DNA of 64,000 nucleotides from an uncultured Pseudodesulfovibrio sp. (GCF_963662885.2 NZ_CAXXKG010000011.1:8282-72281), one strand, 5' to 3'. Counted from the stretch's first letter, positions 46,767 through 56,583 are shown. Made by a program: numbers and translations. The notes: generated by a model not told the origin, from the letters alone.

Positions 46767-48404
46767 ATGGCCAAGACCAAGAAAGTGGTGCAGCTCATGC
46801 CCGCCGACATCAAGGAAGAACTTCTGAAGAAGTACCCTCCCAAAGTCGCCCGCAAGCGTGCCAAGCAGATAATGATCAACGAAGCCACGGAAGCCGAGGC
46901 GCCGCCTGAGATTCTGGCGAACGTCCGTACCATTCCCGGCATCATCACCATGCGCGGTTGCACCTACGCGGGTTGCAAGGGCGTTATCATGGGCCCGACC
47001 CGCGACATCCTGAACATCACCCACGGCCCCATCGGCTGCGGATTCTACTCCTGGCTCACCCGCCGCAACCAGACCGATTCGAGCAAGGACGGCGTGAACT
47101 ACATGCCTTACTGTTTCTCGACGGACATGCAGGACCAGGACATCATCTTCGGTGGTGAGAAGAAGCTCGCCGCCGCCATCCAGGAAGCCTACGACATCTT
47201 CCATCCCAAGGGCATCTGCGTCTTCGCCACCTGCCCGGTGGGTCTGATCGGCGACGACATCCATGCCGTCTCCAAGAAGATGAAAGAGAAGTTCGGCGAC
47301 TGCAACGTCTTCGCCTTCTCCTGTGAAGGTTACAAGGGCGTGTCCCAGTCCGCTGGCCACCACATCGCCAACAACCAGGTCTTCACCAACCTGGTTGGCG
47401 AGAACGAGGAGCCCAAGGAAGGCAAGTACAAGATCAACCTGCTCGGCGAGTACAACATCGGCGGTGACGGTTTCGAGATCGATCGTATCCTCAAGAAGTG
47501 CGGGATCACCAACATCTCGACCTTCTCCGGCAACTCGACCTACGACCAGTTCGCCTCCGCCCAGCACGCCGACCTCGACTGCGTCATGTGCCACCGTTCC
47601 ATCAACTACGTGGCCGACATGCTCGAGACCAAGTACGGCATCCCGTGGATCAAGGTGAACTTCATCGGCGCCAAGTCCACGGCCAAGTCCCTGCGCAAGA
47701 TCGCCGAGTACTTTGGCGACAAGGAACTCATCGACCGTGTCGAAGAGGTGATCGCCGAGGAAATGCCTGCTGTCGAGGCTACCCGCGACATGGTTATGCC
47801 GCACACCGAAGGCAAGACCGCCATGCTGTTCGTCGGTGGTTCCCGTGCCCATCACTATCAGGACCTCTTCACCGAGATGGGTATGAAGACCCTGTCCGCC
47901 GGTTACGAGTTCGCCCACCGCGACGACTACGAAGGCCGTCAGGTCATCCCTGAACTCAAGCCCGACGCCGACTCCCGCAACATCGAGGAGATCACTGTCG
48001 AGGCCGACGAGAAGCTCTACAACCCGCGCAAGACTCCCGATGAGCTCAAGGCTCTGGAAGACGCCGGTTACGAGTTCAAGCACTACGAGGGCCTGAACGA
48101 CCAGATGGACAAGGGCACCCTCGTTATCGACGACCTGAACCAGTACGAGGCCGACAAGCTGGTCGAACTCCTCAAGCCCGACATCTTCTGCGCGGGCATC
48201 AAAGAGAAGTTCTCCATCCAGAAGCTCGGCGTGCCCATGAAGCAGCTGCACAGCTACGACTCCGGCGGACCGTATGCCGGGTTCAAGGGCGCCATCAACT
48301 TCTACAAGGAAATTGATCGGCTCGTGTCCTCCAAGGTGTGGTCCTACATGAAGGCCCCCTGGCAGGAATCCCCCGAACTGACCGCGACCTTTGTTTGGGA
48401 ATAG
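46767..48404 (+). CDS. nifD: nitrogenase MoFe protein alpha chain
   Basis: ATG 46767 follows AAGGAG. HGPIGC, CPVGLIGDD and HSYDSGGPYAGFKG motifs. Confidence 0.97.
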   Translation: MAKTKKVVQLMPADIKEELLKKYPPKVARKRAKQIMINEATEAEAPPEILANVRTIPGIITMRGCTYAGCKGVIMGPTRDILNITHGPIGCGFYSWLTRRNQTDSSKDGVNYMPYCFSTDMQDQDIIFGGEKKLAAAIQEAYDIFHPKGICVFATCPVGLIGDDIHAVSKKMKEKFGDCNVFAFSCEGYKGVSQSAGHHIANNQVFTNLVGENEEPKEGKYKINLLGEYNIGGDGFEIDRILKKCGITNISTFSGNSTYDQFASAQHADLDCVMCHRSINYVADMLETKYGIPWIKVNFIGAKSTAKSLRKIAEYFGDKELIDRVEEVIAEEMPAVEATRDMVMPHTEGKTAMLFVGGSRAHHYQDLFTEMGMKTLSAGYEFAHRDDYEGRQVIPELKPDADSRNIEEITVEADEKLYNPRKTPDELKALEDAGYEFKHYEGLNDQMDKGTLVIDDLNQYEADKLVELLKPDIFCAGIKEKFSIQKLGVPMKQLHSYDSGGPYAGFKGAINFYKEIDRLVSSKVWSYMKAPWQESPELTATFVWE

Positions 48405-48413
48405 GAGAATACA

Positions 48414-49790
48414 ATGGCTTTACTGAAACATACACCCGTTGAGATCAAGGAGCGCAAGGCGCTCACCATCAACCCGGCCAAGACGTGTCAGCCCATCGGC
48501 GCCATGTACGCCGCCCTGGGCATCCACGGCTGCCTGCCGCACTCCCACGGCTCCCAGGGTTGCTGCGCCTACCACCGCTCGACCTTGACCAGGCACTACA
48601 AGGAGCCCATCTCCGCCGCGACCTCGTCCTTTACTGAAGGTGCGTCCGTGTTCGGCGGTCATGCGAACCTGGTCCAGGCCATCGACAACATCTTCACGGT
48701 CTACGACCCCGAAGTGATTGCCGTGCACACCACCTGCCTGTCCGAGACCATCGGCGACGATCTGAACCAGATCTTCGACAAGGCCCAGAAGGGCGGCAAG
48801 GTGCCCGAAGGCAAGACCTGCATCGGCGCTCCCACCCCGAGCTACGTCGGCTCCCATGTGACCGGCTTCTCGAACATGGTCAAGGCCATGGCCCAGCTGG
48901 CCGAGCCTTCCGGCAAGAAGACCCACAAGGTCAACGTCATCCCCGGTTGGGTCGAGCCCGCCGATATGGCCGAGATCAAGCGCCTCTGCGCCATGGTCGG
49001 TGTGGACATCACCCTGTTCCCGGACACTGACGGCGTGCTCAACGCCCCGCTGACCGGCGAGTACAAGATGTTCCCCGATGGCGGCGTGACCGTGAAGGAG
49101 CTCAAGAAGACCGGCGACGCGCTCGGCACCCTGGCCCTGGGCGAGTGGTGTTCGGCTGATGCCGCCCGCTGGCTCGACGCCAAGTGCAAGGTTCCGTGCA
49201 CCGTGCTGGACATGCCGTTCGGCCTGGCTGCCACCGACCGCTTCATCGACGTGCTGCGCACCGTTGCCGGTGTCTCCGTCCCCGACTCCGTCGCCTTCGA
49301 GCGCGGCCAGCTCGTGGATATGATCTCCGACATGCACCAGTACTTCTACAAGAAGCGCGTGGCCCTCTGGGGCGACCCGGATCAGCTGATCTCCATGTGC
49401 GAGTTCCTGGTGTCCCTCGACATGCAGCCCGTCTACGTCGTCACCGGCACCCCGGGCAAGAAGTTCGAGGCCCGGATCAAGGAGATCTGCGCTGACCAGC
49501 CTTTCGAGGTCAAGGTCAAGGCCAAGGGTGACATGTTCCTGATGCACCAGTGGATCAAGAACGAGCCGGTCGACCTGCTTATCGGCAACACCTACGGCAA
49601 GTACATCTCGCGTGATGAGGACATTCCGCTGCTGCGCTGGGGCTTCCCCATCCTGGATCGCCAGGGGCATCAGTACTTCCCGACAGTCGGCTACAAGGGT
49701 GGACTCAGGCTTCTTGAGAAGATTCTGGGACTGCTGCTGGATCGTAAGGACCGCGACGATCCGGAGACGACCTTCGAGCTCGTCCTGTAG
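48414..49790 (+). CDS. nifK: nitrogenase MoFe protein beta chain
   Basis: CQPIGAMYAALGI, HGSQGCCAY, TTCLSETIGDD. Confidence 0.97.
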   Translation: MALLKHTPVEIKERKALTINPAKTCQPIGAMYAALGIHGCLPHSHGSQGCCAYHRSTLTRHYKEPISAATSSFTEGASVFGGHANLVQAIDNIFTVYDPEVIAVHTTCLSETIGDDLNQIFDKAQKGGKVPEGKTCIGAPTPSYVGSHVTGFSNMVKAMAQLAEPSGKKTHKVNVIPGWVEPADMAEIKRLCAMVGVDITLFPDTDGVLNAPLTGEYKMFPDGGVTVKELKKTGDALGTLALGEWCSADAARWLDAKCKVPCTVLDMPFGLAATDRFIDVLRTVAGVSVPDSVAFERGQLVDMISDMHQYFYKKRVALWGDPDQLISMCEFLVSLDMQPVYVVTGTPGKKFEARIKEICADQPFEVKVKAKGDMFLMHQWIKNEPVDLLIGNTYGKYISRDEDIPLLRWGFPILDRQGHQYFPTVGYKGGLRLLEKILGLLLDRKDRDDPETTFELVL

Positions 49791-49801
49791 CGTTTATACC
49801 C

Positions 49802-49838
49802 GGTCCGGGGCGGGGACCTTCCCCCTCCGCCCCGGACC
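49802..49838 (+). other. 12-bp GC stem-loop after nifK
   Basis: ggtccggggcgg ... ccgccccggacc. Confidence 0.6.
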
Positions 49839-49863
49839 AAACAACCAAACCAAGAAGGCCGTC

Positions 49864-51033
49864 ATGTCCACTTTCGCTGATAATACTTCCCATCCCTGTT
49901 TCGGCATGACCGCACGCAAGACCGTGGGCCGCCTGCACCTGCCCGTGGCCCCGCGCGCCAACGCACGCATCCGTTTTTCGGGCGGCAACGGCAACAAGCC
50001 GGCGATGATGCCGGACGAGGCCGTGACCTGGCTTGATCATGTGATGGAACAGGGAAAGCCCATTTCCATCGTGGGCATCACCGGGCCCGGCGACCCCCTG
50101 ACTTCCCCGGAGCTGACCCTGCGCACCCTGCGCCTGGTCCGGGAGAAGTATCCCGATCTTTCCCTCTGCCTGACCACCCTGGGCATGAACGGCGCCGAGT
50201 ACGCCGAGGAACTGGCCGAGGTCGGCCTGTCCCACATCACCGTGCTGGTGGATGCCGTGGACCCCGAGGTGGCGGAGAAAATTTACGCCTGGATACGGCC
50301 CGCCAAGCGGACCCTGCCCCTGAAGGAGGCCGCGGAGCTGCTGGTCACGGACCAGGCCCGCGCCGTGTCCGCCTTCAAGAAGGCCGGTGTGACCGTCAAG
50401 ATCAACACCACCGTCTACCCCGGCTACAACGCCGGTCATGTGGAGAAGATCGCTTCGACAATGTCCGGCCTGGGGGCCGACATCATGGCCGTGGTCCCGT
50501 TCCACCCCGAAGAGGGTGTGGAGGACGCGCCTCAGGCCACCGATATGGAGCTTCTGTCTGAAATCCGCGACCGCGCGGGACGCCATATAGACCTCATGCC
50601 CGCCTTCAACGAATGCGGCGAGCAGTTGGTCGGCCTGGAATCTCCGAACAAGCCGGGCGCCTCGATCTCGGTCATGCCCAAGCCCACCAAGGAGCGCCCC
50701 AACGTGGCCGTGGTCAGCTCGACCGGCATGGATGTCGACCTGCACCTGGGTCACGCCATCAAGGCCATGATCTACGGCCCGCGCGGCGACGGCCTGGCCT
50801 GTCTGCTCGGCGTACGCGATCTGCCCGAACCCGGTTCCGGGAACGACCGCTGGGAAAAACTGGCCGACACATTGGGCGACTGTTTCGTCCTGCTGACCGC
50901 CTCGGCCGGCGAGAACCCCAGAAAAATTTTGAGCCGCAAGGGTCTGTCCGTCCTGATCACGGACGGCGAGATCGAGGGAACCGTGGATGTGCTCTACGGG
51001 GGCGGTAAGAAAGGCAAGAAGAACAAGAAGTAA
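49864..51033 (+). CDS. NifB paralog lacking the radical-SAM CxxxCxxC motif, fused to a NifX/NifB-C-like domain
   Basis: Aligns with NifB (HPCF, GRLHLPVAP, GITGPGDP, SHITV..DAVDPE..KIYAW), but reads RANARIRFSGG where NifB has KCNIQCNYCNR. Confidence 0.8.
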   Translation: MSTFADNTSHPCFGMTARKTVGRLHLPVAPRANARIRFSGGNGNKPAMMPDEAVTWLDHVMEQGKPISIVGITGPGDPLTSPELTLRTLRLVREKYPDLSLCLTTLGMNGAEYAEELAEVGLSHITVLVDAVDPEVAEKIYAWIRPAKRTLPLKEAAELLVTDQARAVSAFKKAGVTVKINTTVYPGYNAGHVEKIASTMSGLGADIMAVVPFHPEEGVEDAPQATDMELLSEIRDRAGRHIDLMPAFNECGEQLVGLESPNKPGASISVMPKPTKERPNVAVVSSTGMDVDLHLGHAIKAMIYGPRGDGLACLLGVRDLPEPGSGNDRWEKLADTLGDCFVLLTASAGENPRKILSRKGLSVLITDGEIEGTVDVLYGGGKKGKKNKK

Positions 51034-51052
51034 CAAGAAGGAGAGTGAGGAA

Positions 51053-51355
51053 ATGGCGATTCCCGAGAGAATGATCATCTGTTGTCAGTCCTTCCGTGCG
51101 GCCGGGGACCCCAAAGGCATCTGTCACAAGCAGACCGACGGTTTCCTGCAGTACGTGGAGGAAGAAATTTTGGATCGTGGTCTCGACGCCCTGGTGGTCG
51201 GCTCCACCTGCCTGAAGCAGTGTGAATCCGGTCCCATCATGGTCATCCAGCCTGAGAACTGGTGGTTCAAGGGTGTGGATTCCGAGGAAGCGATCGACGC
51301 TATTTTGGACGGCCTGGAAGACGGCGAGCCCGCCGAAGAATACCTGGCGTCCTAA
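51053..51355 (+). CDS. thioredoxin-like [2Fe-2S] ferredoxin
   Basis: ATG 51053 follows GGAGAGTGAGG. Cys pattern CC...C...C..C with GPIMVIQPENWWF. Confidence 0.8.
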   Translation: MAIPERMIICCQSFRAAGDPKGICHKQTDGFLQYVEEEILDRGLDALVVGSTCLKQCESGPIMVIQPENWWFKGVDSEEAIDAILDGLEDGEPAEEYLAS

Positions 51356-51370
51356 GGAATCGAGAGTCCC

Positions 51371-51802
51371 ATGCCTGAAGCCGTCGTCATCCGCCCCGCA
51401 ACCCGCACGGACCTTACCGGTCTTGTGTCCCTGCTCGGTTCGGTCTCCTCTCTCCGTGAGGACCCGGCCGCCGGGGACGGGCAACGGCGCGATCTGGAGC
51501 TGATGCTGAAAAACGGTCGGGGACGCATCCTGATCGCGAGTGTTGCCGACAGGACTGTGGTCGGCATGTGCTCGGGACGGCTGACGATCCAAGAGGCTGA
51601 AGGCGGTCCCGCCGTCCTCATCGAAGATGTGGTTGTCCGTGAGGACTGGCGGGGCCAGGGCCTCGGCGAATTGTTGATTCACCGGCTCACCGAGTGGGCC
51701 AGGGCCGATAGCGCGGGGCGCCTGATGCTCCTCGCAGACCCGGACGCGGCCCCGGCTCCCGGATTTCAAAACAACGCCCATCGTCCGGGCAACCGACTGT
51801 AA
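51371..51802 (+). CDS. GNAT-family N-acetyltransferase
   Basis: Acetyl-CoA loop VREDWRGQGLGELL. 143 aa. Confidence 0.75.
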   Translation: MPEAVVIRPATRTDLTGLVSLLGSVSSLREDPAAGDGQRRDLELMLKNGRGRILIASVADRTVVGMCSGRLTIQEAEGGPAVLIEDVVVREDWRGQGLGELLIHRLTEWARADSAGRLMLLADPDAAPAPGFQNNAHRPGNRL

Positions 51803-51825
51803 TTTATCGATATAGGGGAAGTGTA

Positions 51826-53220
51826 ATGAGTACGACCAGTTCGACCATACTCGAGGAAAGACAGGACCAGATCCATCGAACGGGCGAAGGCGCCATCGAT
51901 ATCGCCTGCAACCGCGAGTCCCTGGCTGGCGCCGTCAGCCAGCGCGCGTGCGTGTTCTGCGGCTCCCGCGTGGTCCTTTATCCCATAGCCGACGCCCTGC
52001 ACCTGGTGCACGGACCCATCGGCTGCGCGGTCTACACCTGGGATATCCGCGGCTCGCTGTCCAGCGGCCCGGAACTCCACCGGCTGTCCTTTTCCACGGA
52101 CCTGCAGGAGACCGACGTCATCTTCGGCGGCGAGAAAAAGCTCGAAGCCGCTCTGGACGAACTCATCGACCGGCATTCCCCCAAGGCCGCCTTCGTCTAT
52201 TCCACGTGTATCGTGGGACTCATAGGCGACGACCTGGAAGCGGTCTGCCGCAAGATGAGTGAAAAGAAGGGCATCCCGGTGCTGCCGGTCATGTCCGAAG
52301 GGTTCAAGGGCAACAAGCGGGCCGGGTATGAGGCCGCGTGCAAGGCCATGTTCCGGCTCATCGGTCAGGGCGACACCTCCGATATTTCGCCCATTTCAAT
52401 CAATATTTTCGGCGACTTCAACCTTGCCGGCGAAATCTGGATCATTCGCGAGTACTTCGAGAAGATGGGTGTCCAGGTGGTCGCCAACGTGACCGGCGAC
52501 GGCCGCGTGGCCGACATCGCCCGCAGCCATGGCGCGGCCCTGAATCTGGTCCAGTGTTCCGGTTCGACCATGGAGCTGGCCAAGATGATGGAAGAGAAAT
52601 ACGGCACTCCGTACAAGCGTGTTTCCTACCTCGGCATCGAGGACATGGCCGACTCCCTCTACAAGGTGGCCGACTTCTTCAAGGACAAGGACCCGGGTAT
52701 CGTCGAAAGGACCCAGGCTCTGGTCCGCGATGAGCTGAGCAAGCTCATGCCCGAGCTGGCCCGCTACCGCAAGGACCTGGAAGGCAAGCGCGTGGCCATG
52801 TACGTGGGCGGCTCCTTCAAGGCGTTTTCCCTGGTCAAGGCTTTCCGCCATCTGGGCATGAAGGTCGTGGTTGTCGGTTCTCAGACCGGCACCAAGGAAG
52901 ATTACGCCGAACTGGCCGAAATCACCGATCCCGGCACCATTATCGTCGACGACGCCAACCCGCTCGAGCTGTCCCAGTTCATCAAGGAAAAGGATGTGGA
53001 CGTGTTCGTGGGCGGGGTCAAGGAACGGCCCATCGCCTACAAGCTGGGTGTGGGATTCTGCGATCACAACCATGAGCGCAAGGAGGCCTTGGAAGGCTTC
53101 AAGGGCATGCTCAACTTCGCCCGCGAAATCCATGCCTCGGCCATGTCTCCGGTCTGGCAGTTCGCCCCCCGGCGCGCCAACCGTAACAAGGAAGCCCGGA
53201 AGGAGGCCGTCAATGAGTAA
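51826..53220 (+). CDS. nifE: nitrogenase FeMo-cofactor scaffold NifE
   Basis: CVFCGSR, HGPIGCA, STCIVGLIGDD. NifD-like. Confidence 0.93.
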   Translation: MSTTSSTILEERQDQIHRTGEGAIDIACNRESLAGAVSQRACVFCGSRVVLYPIADALHLVHGPIGCAVYTWDIRGSLSSGPELHRLSFSTDLQETDVIFGGEKKLEAALDELIDRHSPKAAFVYSTCIVGLIGDDLEAVCRKMSEKKGIPVLPVMSEGFKGNKRAGYEAACKAMFRLIGQGDTSDISPISINIFGDFNLAGEIWIIREYFEKMGVQVVANVTGDGRVADIARSHGAALNLVQCSGSTMELAKMMEEKYGTPYKRVSYLGIEDMADSLYKVADFFKDKDPGIVERTQALVRDELSKLMPELARYRKDLEGKRVAMYVGGSFKAFSLVKAFRHLGMKVVVVGSQTGTKEDYAELAEITDPGTIIVDDANPLELSQFIKEKDVDVFVGGVKERPIAYKLGVGFCDHNHERKEALEGFKGMLNFAREIHASAMSPVWQFAPRRANRNKEARKEAVNE

Positions 53221-54580
53221 GGTCAAGACCGCAAGGCCCAATTTCGTTTCCACGACCAACGCCTGCAAGCTCTGCACCCCGCTCGGGGCCTCCATGGCCT
53301 TCCGGGGCGTGGAAGGGGCCATTCCCTTCCTGCACGGCTCCCAGGGATGCGCCACCTACATGCGTCGCTACATCATTTCGCATTTCCGCGAGCCCGTGGA
53401 TATCGCGTCCTCGGCTCTGGGCGAAAAGAACGCCATTTACGGAGGCGGCCCGAACCTGAAGAAGGGCATCCTCAACGTCATGAAGAAGTACGAGCCGAAG
53501 CTGATCGGTGTGGCGACCACCTGCCTGACCGAGACCATCGGCGACGACGTGCCCATGTACTTCAGTGAATTCTTCAAGGAGTTCGGAGATCTCGACCTGC
53601 CCGAGCTGGTCCGGGTCTCGACCCCCAGCTACAACGGCACGCACATGGACGGGTGGCACGGCGCGGTCCGCTCCCTGGTGGAGCAGCTCTGCCTGGAAAA
53701 GGCCGAGGACGACGGCCGGGTGAACATCCTGCCCAGCATGGTTTCCTGCGAGGATGTCCGCCATCTGCGCGACATCTGCGATCACTTCGGGATCAAGGCG
53801 ACCATCCTGCCCGACATCTCCGAGACCCTGGATGGTCCGGCCCTGGAAGACTACGTCAAGATTCCCGAAGGCGGTACGCCCATCAGCGAAATCAAGACCA
53901 TGAGCGCTGCGGCGGGAACCATCGAATTCGGCCGCTGCCTGCCCGCCAAGACCGGCGGCTCCAGCCTGGAAGAGCGTTTCGGCGTGACCAATCACCGCAT
54001 CGGCCTGCCCATGGGGCTTCGCGAGTCCGACCGCTTCTTCGAGACCCTGGAGGATATCTCCGGCAATCCCATGCCGCGCCGCTACGAACTGGAGCGCGGC
54101 CGGTTGGTGGATGCCTACGTGGACGGTCACAAGTACATTTTCGGTAAGCGCGCCGTGGTCTACGGCGAGGAAGATCTGGTCGTCGGCCTGTGCGCCTTCC
54201 TGTCCGAGATCGGGATCGACGTGGTCCTGGCCGGAACCGGCGCACGCGGCAAGGGGCTGGAAGAGGCCATCGCCAAAGTCACGGACGGTGTGGCCCGCAT
54301 GGCCCCCGAGGTGCGCGAGGGCGTGGACTTCCACGACATAGCCGCCGAGGCGGGGGAGCTTGCTCCGGACCTGCTGGTCGGCCACTCCAAGGGTTACCGT
54401 TACGCCAAGGCGTGGAACGTGCCCCTGGTGCGCGTGGGCTTTCCCATCCATGACCGCTTCGGCGGACAGCGCACCCTGACGCTGGGCTACAAGGGTACCC
54501 AGGCCCTGTTCGACCGCGTGGTCAATGCGGTCATCGAGAAGAAGCAGGCCGATTCTCCCATCGGCTACGGATATATTTAA
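53213..54580 (+). CDS. nifN: nitrogenase FeMo-cofactor scaffold NifN
   Basis: ATG 53213 overlaps the nifE stop (ATGAGTAA). HGSQGCATY and TTCLTETIGDD. The track ORF from 52871 is an upstream in-frame extension. Confidence 0.92.
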   Translation: MSKVKTARPNFVSTTNACKLCTPLGASMAFRGVEGAIPFLHGSQGCATYMRRYIISHFREPVDIASSALGEKNAIYGGGPNLKKGILNVMKKYEPKLIGVATTCLTETIGDDVPMYFSEFFKEFGDLDLPELVRVSTPSYNGTHMDGWHGAVRSLVEQLCLEKAEDDGRVNILPSMVSCEDVRHLRDICDHFGIKATILPDISETLDGPALEDYVKIPEGGTPISEIKTMSAAAGTIEFGRCLPAKTGGSSLEERFGVTNHRIGLPMGLRESDRFFETLEDISGNPMPRRYELERGRLVDAYVDGHKYIFGKRAVVYGEEDLVVGLCAFLSEIGIDVVLAGTGARGKGLEEAIAKVTDGVARMAPEVREGVDFHDIAAEAGELAPDLLVGHSKGYRYAKAWNVPLVRVGFPIHDRFGGQRTLTLGYKGTQALFDRVVNAVIEKKQADSPIGYGYI

Positions 54581-54669
54581 TCAGAGAACGAAACTCCAAC
54601 GCGGCAGACCCAGAACCGACAAGCACCCGGCCCGTCCCCGACCGCCGGAGCAACCACAGGAGAACCGAT

Positions 54670-55938
54670 ATGTCCAAGGATACCACCAAGCACCCCTGTT
54701 TCAACAAGAGTAGCGCCGGAAGCTGTGGCCGCGTGCACCTGCCCGTGGCTCCCAAGTGCAACATCCAGTGCAACTACTGTAACCGCAAGTACGACTGTGT
54801 GAACGAGTCCCGCCCCGGCGTGACCTCCGGCGTGCTCAAGCCGTTCCAGGCCGCGGAATACATGGACAAGGTTCTTGAAAAGGAACCGCGCATCACCGTG
54901 GCGGGCATCGCCGGTCCCGGCGATCCCTTCGCCAACCCGGCCGAGACGCTGGAGACCATGCGTCTGCTGAACGAGCGCCACCCGGAACTGCTTTTCTGTC
55001 TGTCCTCCAACGGCATGGGTATCCTGCCGTATCTGGACGACATCGCCGAGCTGGGCGTGTCCCACGTGACCATCACCATTTCGGCGGTGGACCCGGCCAT
55101 CGGAGCCAAGATCTACGCCTGGGTCAAGGACGGCAACGTGGTCTACCGGGGTGAGAAGGGCGCGGAGATTCTTCTGGACCGCCAGCTCAAGGCCATCAAG
55201 GGCCTCAAGGAGCGGGGCATCACGGTCAAGATCAACTCCATCGTCATCCCCGGCATCAACGATCACCACATCGTCGAGGTCGCCAAGGTCTGCGCCTCGC
55301 TCGGCGCCGATATTCAGAACATGATCCCGCTCAAGCCCACGGCCGACACGCCGTTTGCCGACGTCCCCGAGCCGGGCCGCGAGACCGTCCTGCCCCTGCG
55401 CAAGGAAGCCGAGCCGTTCATCGAGCAGATGACGCACTGCAAGCGTTGCCGCGCCGACGCGGTCGGCCTGCTCAGCGACGACCAGTCCGTGGCCCTGTGC
55501 GGCACCCTCCAGGCCTGCTCCAAGCTCAAGCCCCTGGAGGTTACCATGGCACGCCCGTTCGTGGCCGTGGCCACCCGTGAAGGGTTGCTGGTCAACCAGC
55601 ATCTGGGCGAGGCCAAGTCCTTCCAGATCTGGGGCGAATCCGAGACCGGCGGCTACCGCCTCATCGAGGAGCGTCAGGCCCCGCAGGCGGGCTGTGGTCC
55701 CAAGCGCTGGTCCGATCTGGCCGCAACCCTCAAGGATTGCCGCGCGGTGCTCTGCGCCGCGGTGGGCGAGACCCCGCGAATGCTCCTGGAAGAGCACGAT
55801 ATCAAGTCCTACACCGTGGACGGCTTCATTGAGGACGCCCTGCGCTTCGTCTTCGAAGGCGGCGACATCAACGCCCTCAAGGTCCGCCGTTCGGGCATCG
55901 GTTCGGGGTGCGCCGGAGGTGGCGCGGGCTGCGGTTAA
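54670..55938 (+). CDS. nifB: FeMo-cofactor biosynthesis radical-SAM protein NifB (with C-terminal NifX-like domain)
   Basis: HPCF, GRVHLPVAPKCNIQCNYCNRKYDC, GIAGPGDP, HCKRCRADAVG. Confidence 0.95.
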   Translation: MSKDTTKHPCFNKSSAGSCGRVHLPVAPKCNIQCNYCNRKYDCVNESRPGVTSGVLKPFQAAEYMDKVLEKEPRITVAGIAGPGDPFANPAETLETMRLLNERHPELLFCLSSNGMGILPYLDDIAELGVSHVTITISAVDPAIGAKIYAWVKDGNVVYRGEKGAEILLDRQLKAIKGLKERGITVKINSIVIPGINDHHIVEVAKVCASLGADIQNMIPLKPTADTPFADVPEPGRETVLPLRKEAEPFIEQMTHCKRCRADAVGLLSDDQSVALCGTLQACSKLKPLEVTMARPFVAVATREGLLVNQHLGEAKSFQIWGESETGGYRLIEERQAPQAGCGPKRWSDLAATLKDCRAVLCAAVGETPRMLLEEHDIKSYTVDGFIEDALRFVFEGGDINALKVRRSGIGSGCAGGGAGCG

Positions 55939-56154
55939 TCGCGGCCGTTTCTACCCCATTGCGTCGTTGCTGCGGGAAAGCCGGACCCTGCGTCTGAAGG
56001 CATACGCTTCGCCCCCGGCTTTCCCCGGCGTCTGGCTCTCGAACCGGTCTGAACTCGATTGTGACGGGCCATATCGGTTCGATGCTGGCCCCGACAGTCT
56101 TTCCCGGGCCGGGGCTTTCCGGCCCGTAACCAGAAAGAACCCATGGAGGAACAA

Positions 56155-56400
56155 ATGAACAAGGCGACATTGGAGAAAGTTTTCGAATACGCGTCCAAAC
56201 CCGTGCAGGGGACCATGTCCCGCAAGCTGCGCAAGGACGTGAAGATCCAGGTCAACGAGGGCGAAGTCTACGAAGGCGCCACCCTGTTCCTGGGCGAAGA
56301 GTTCGTGCGCGTTACCTGCATCAAGGACGGCATGAACATCAACACCTACTACGATTGGGAAAAGATCGCCTCGGTGCGTACCCTAGGCGTGATGGAATAA
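56155..56400 (+). CDS. 81-aa hypothetical protein at the end of the nif operon
   Basis: GGAGGA lies 5 nt upstream of ATG 56155. GC3-biased. Followed by a terminator. Confidence 0.55.
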   Translation: MNKATLEKVFEYASKPVQGTMSRKLRKDVKIQVNEGEVYEGATLFLGEEFVRVTCIKDGMNINTYYDWEKIASVRTLGVME

Positions 56401-56422
56401 ACGCCCTGCCCATCGGATAATC

Positions 56423-56455
56423 AAGGCCCCGCCGGTACTCGGTGGGGCCTTTTCG
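56423..56455 (+). terminator. rho-independent terminator of the nif operon
   Basis: aaggccccgcc-N7-ggtggggcctt followed by ttcg. Confidence 0.7.
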
Positions 56456-56517
56456 TGTCCGGCGGAGTTGCGGCGACACGAGAACGATTCGGTCTGCACA
56501 TCCTTGCTCAAACGGCG

Positions 56518-56552
56518 GACACCCCCCGCCGGGCCGTCCGGCGAGGGGTGTC
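56518..56552 (-). terminator. 15-bp stem-loop downstream of nifA
   Basis: gacaccccccgccgg-gccgt-ccggcgaggggtgtc (one mismatch). Confidence 0.5.
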
Positions 56553-56583
56553 TGCGTGGGGTGGAGGTATGTATGCCGAAATT

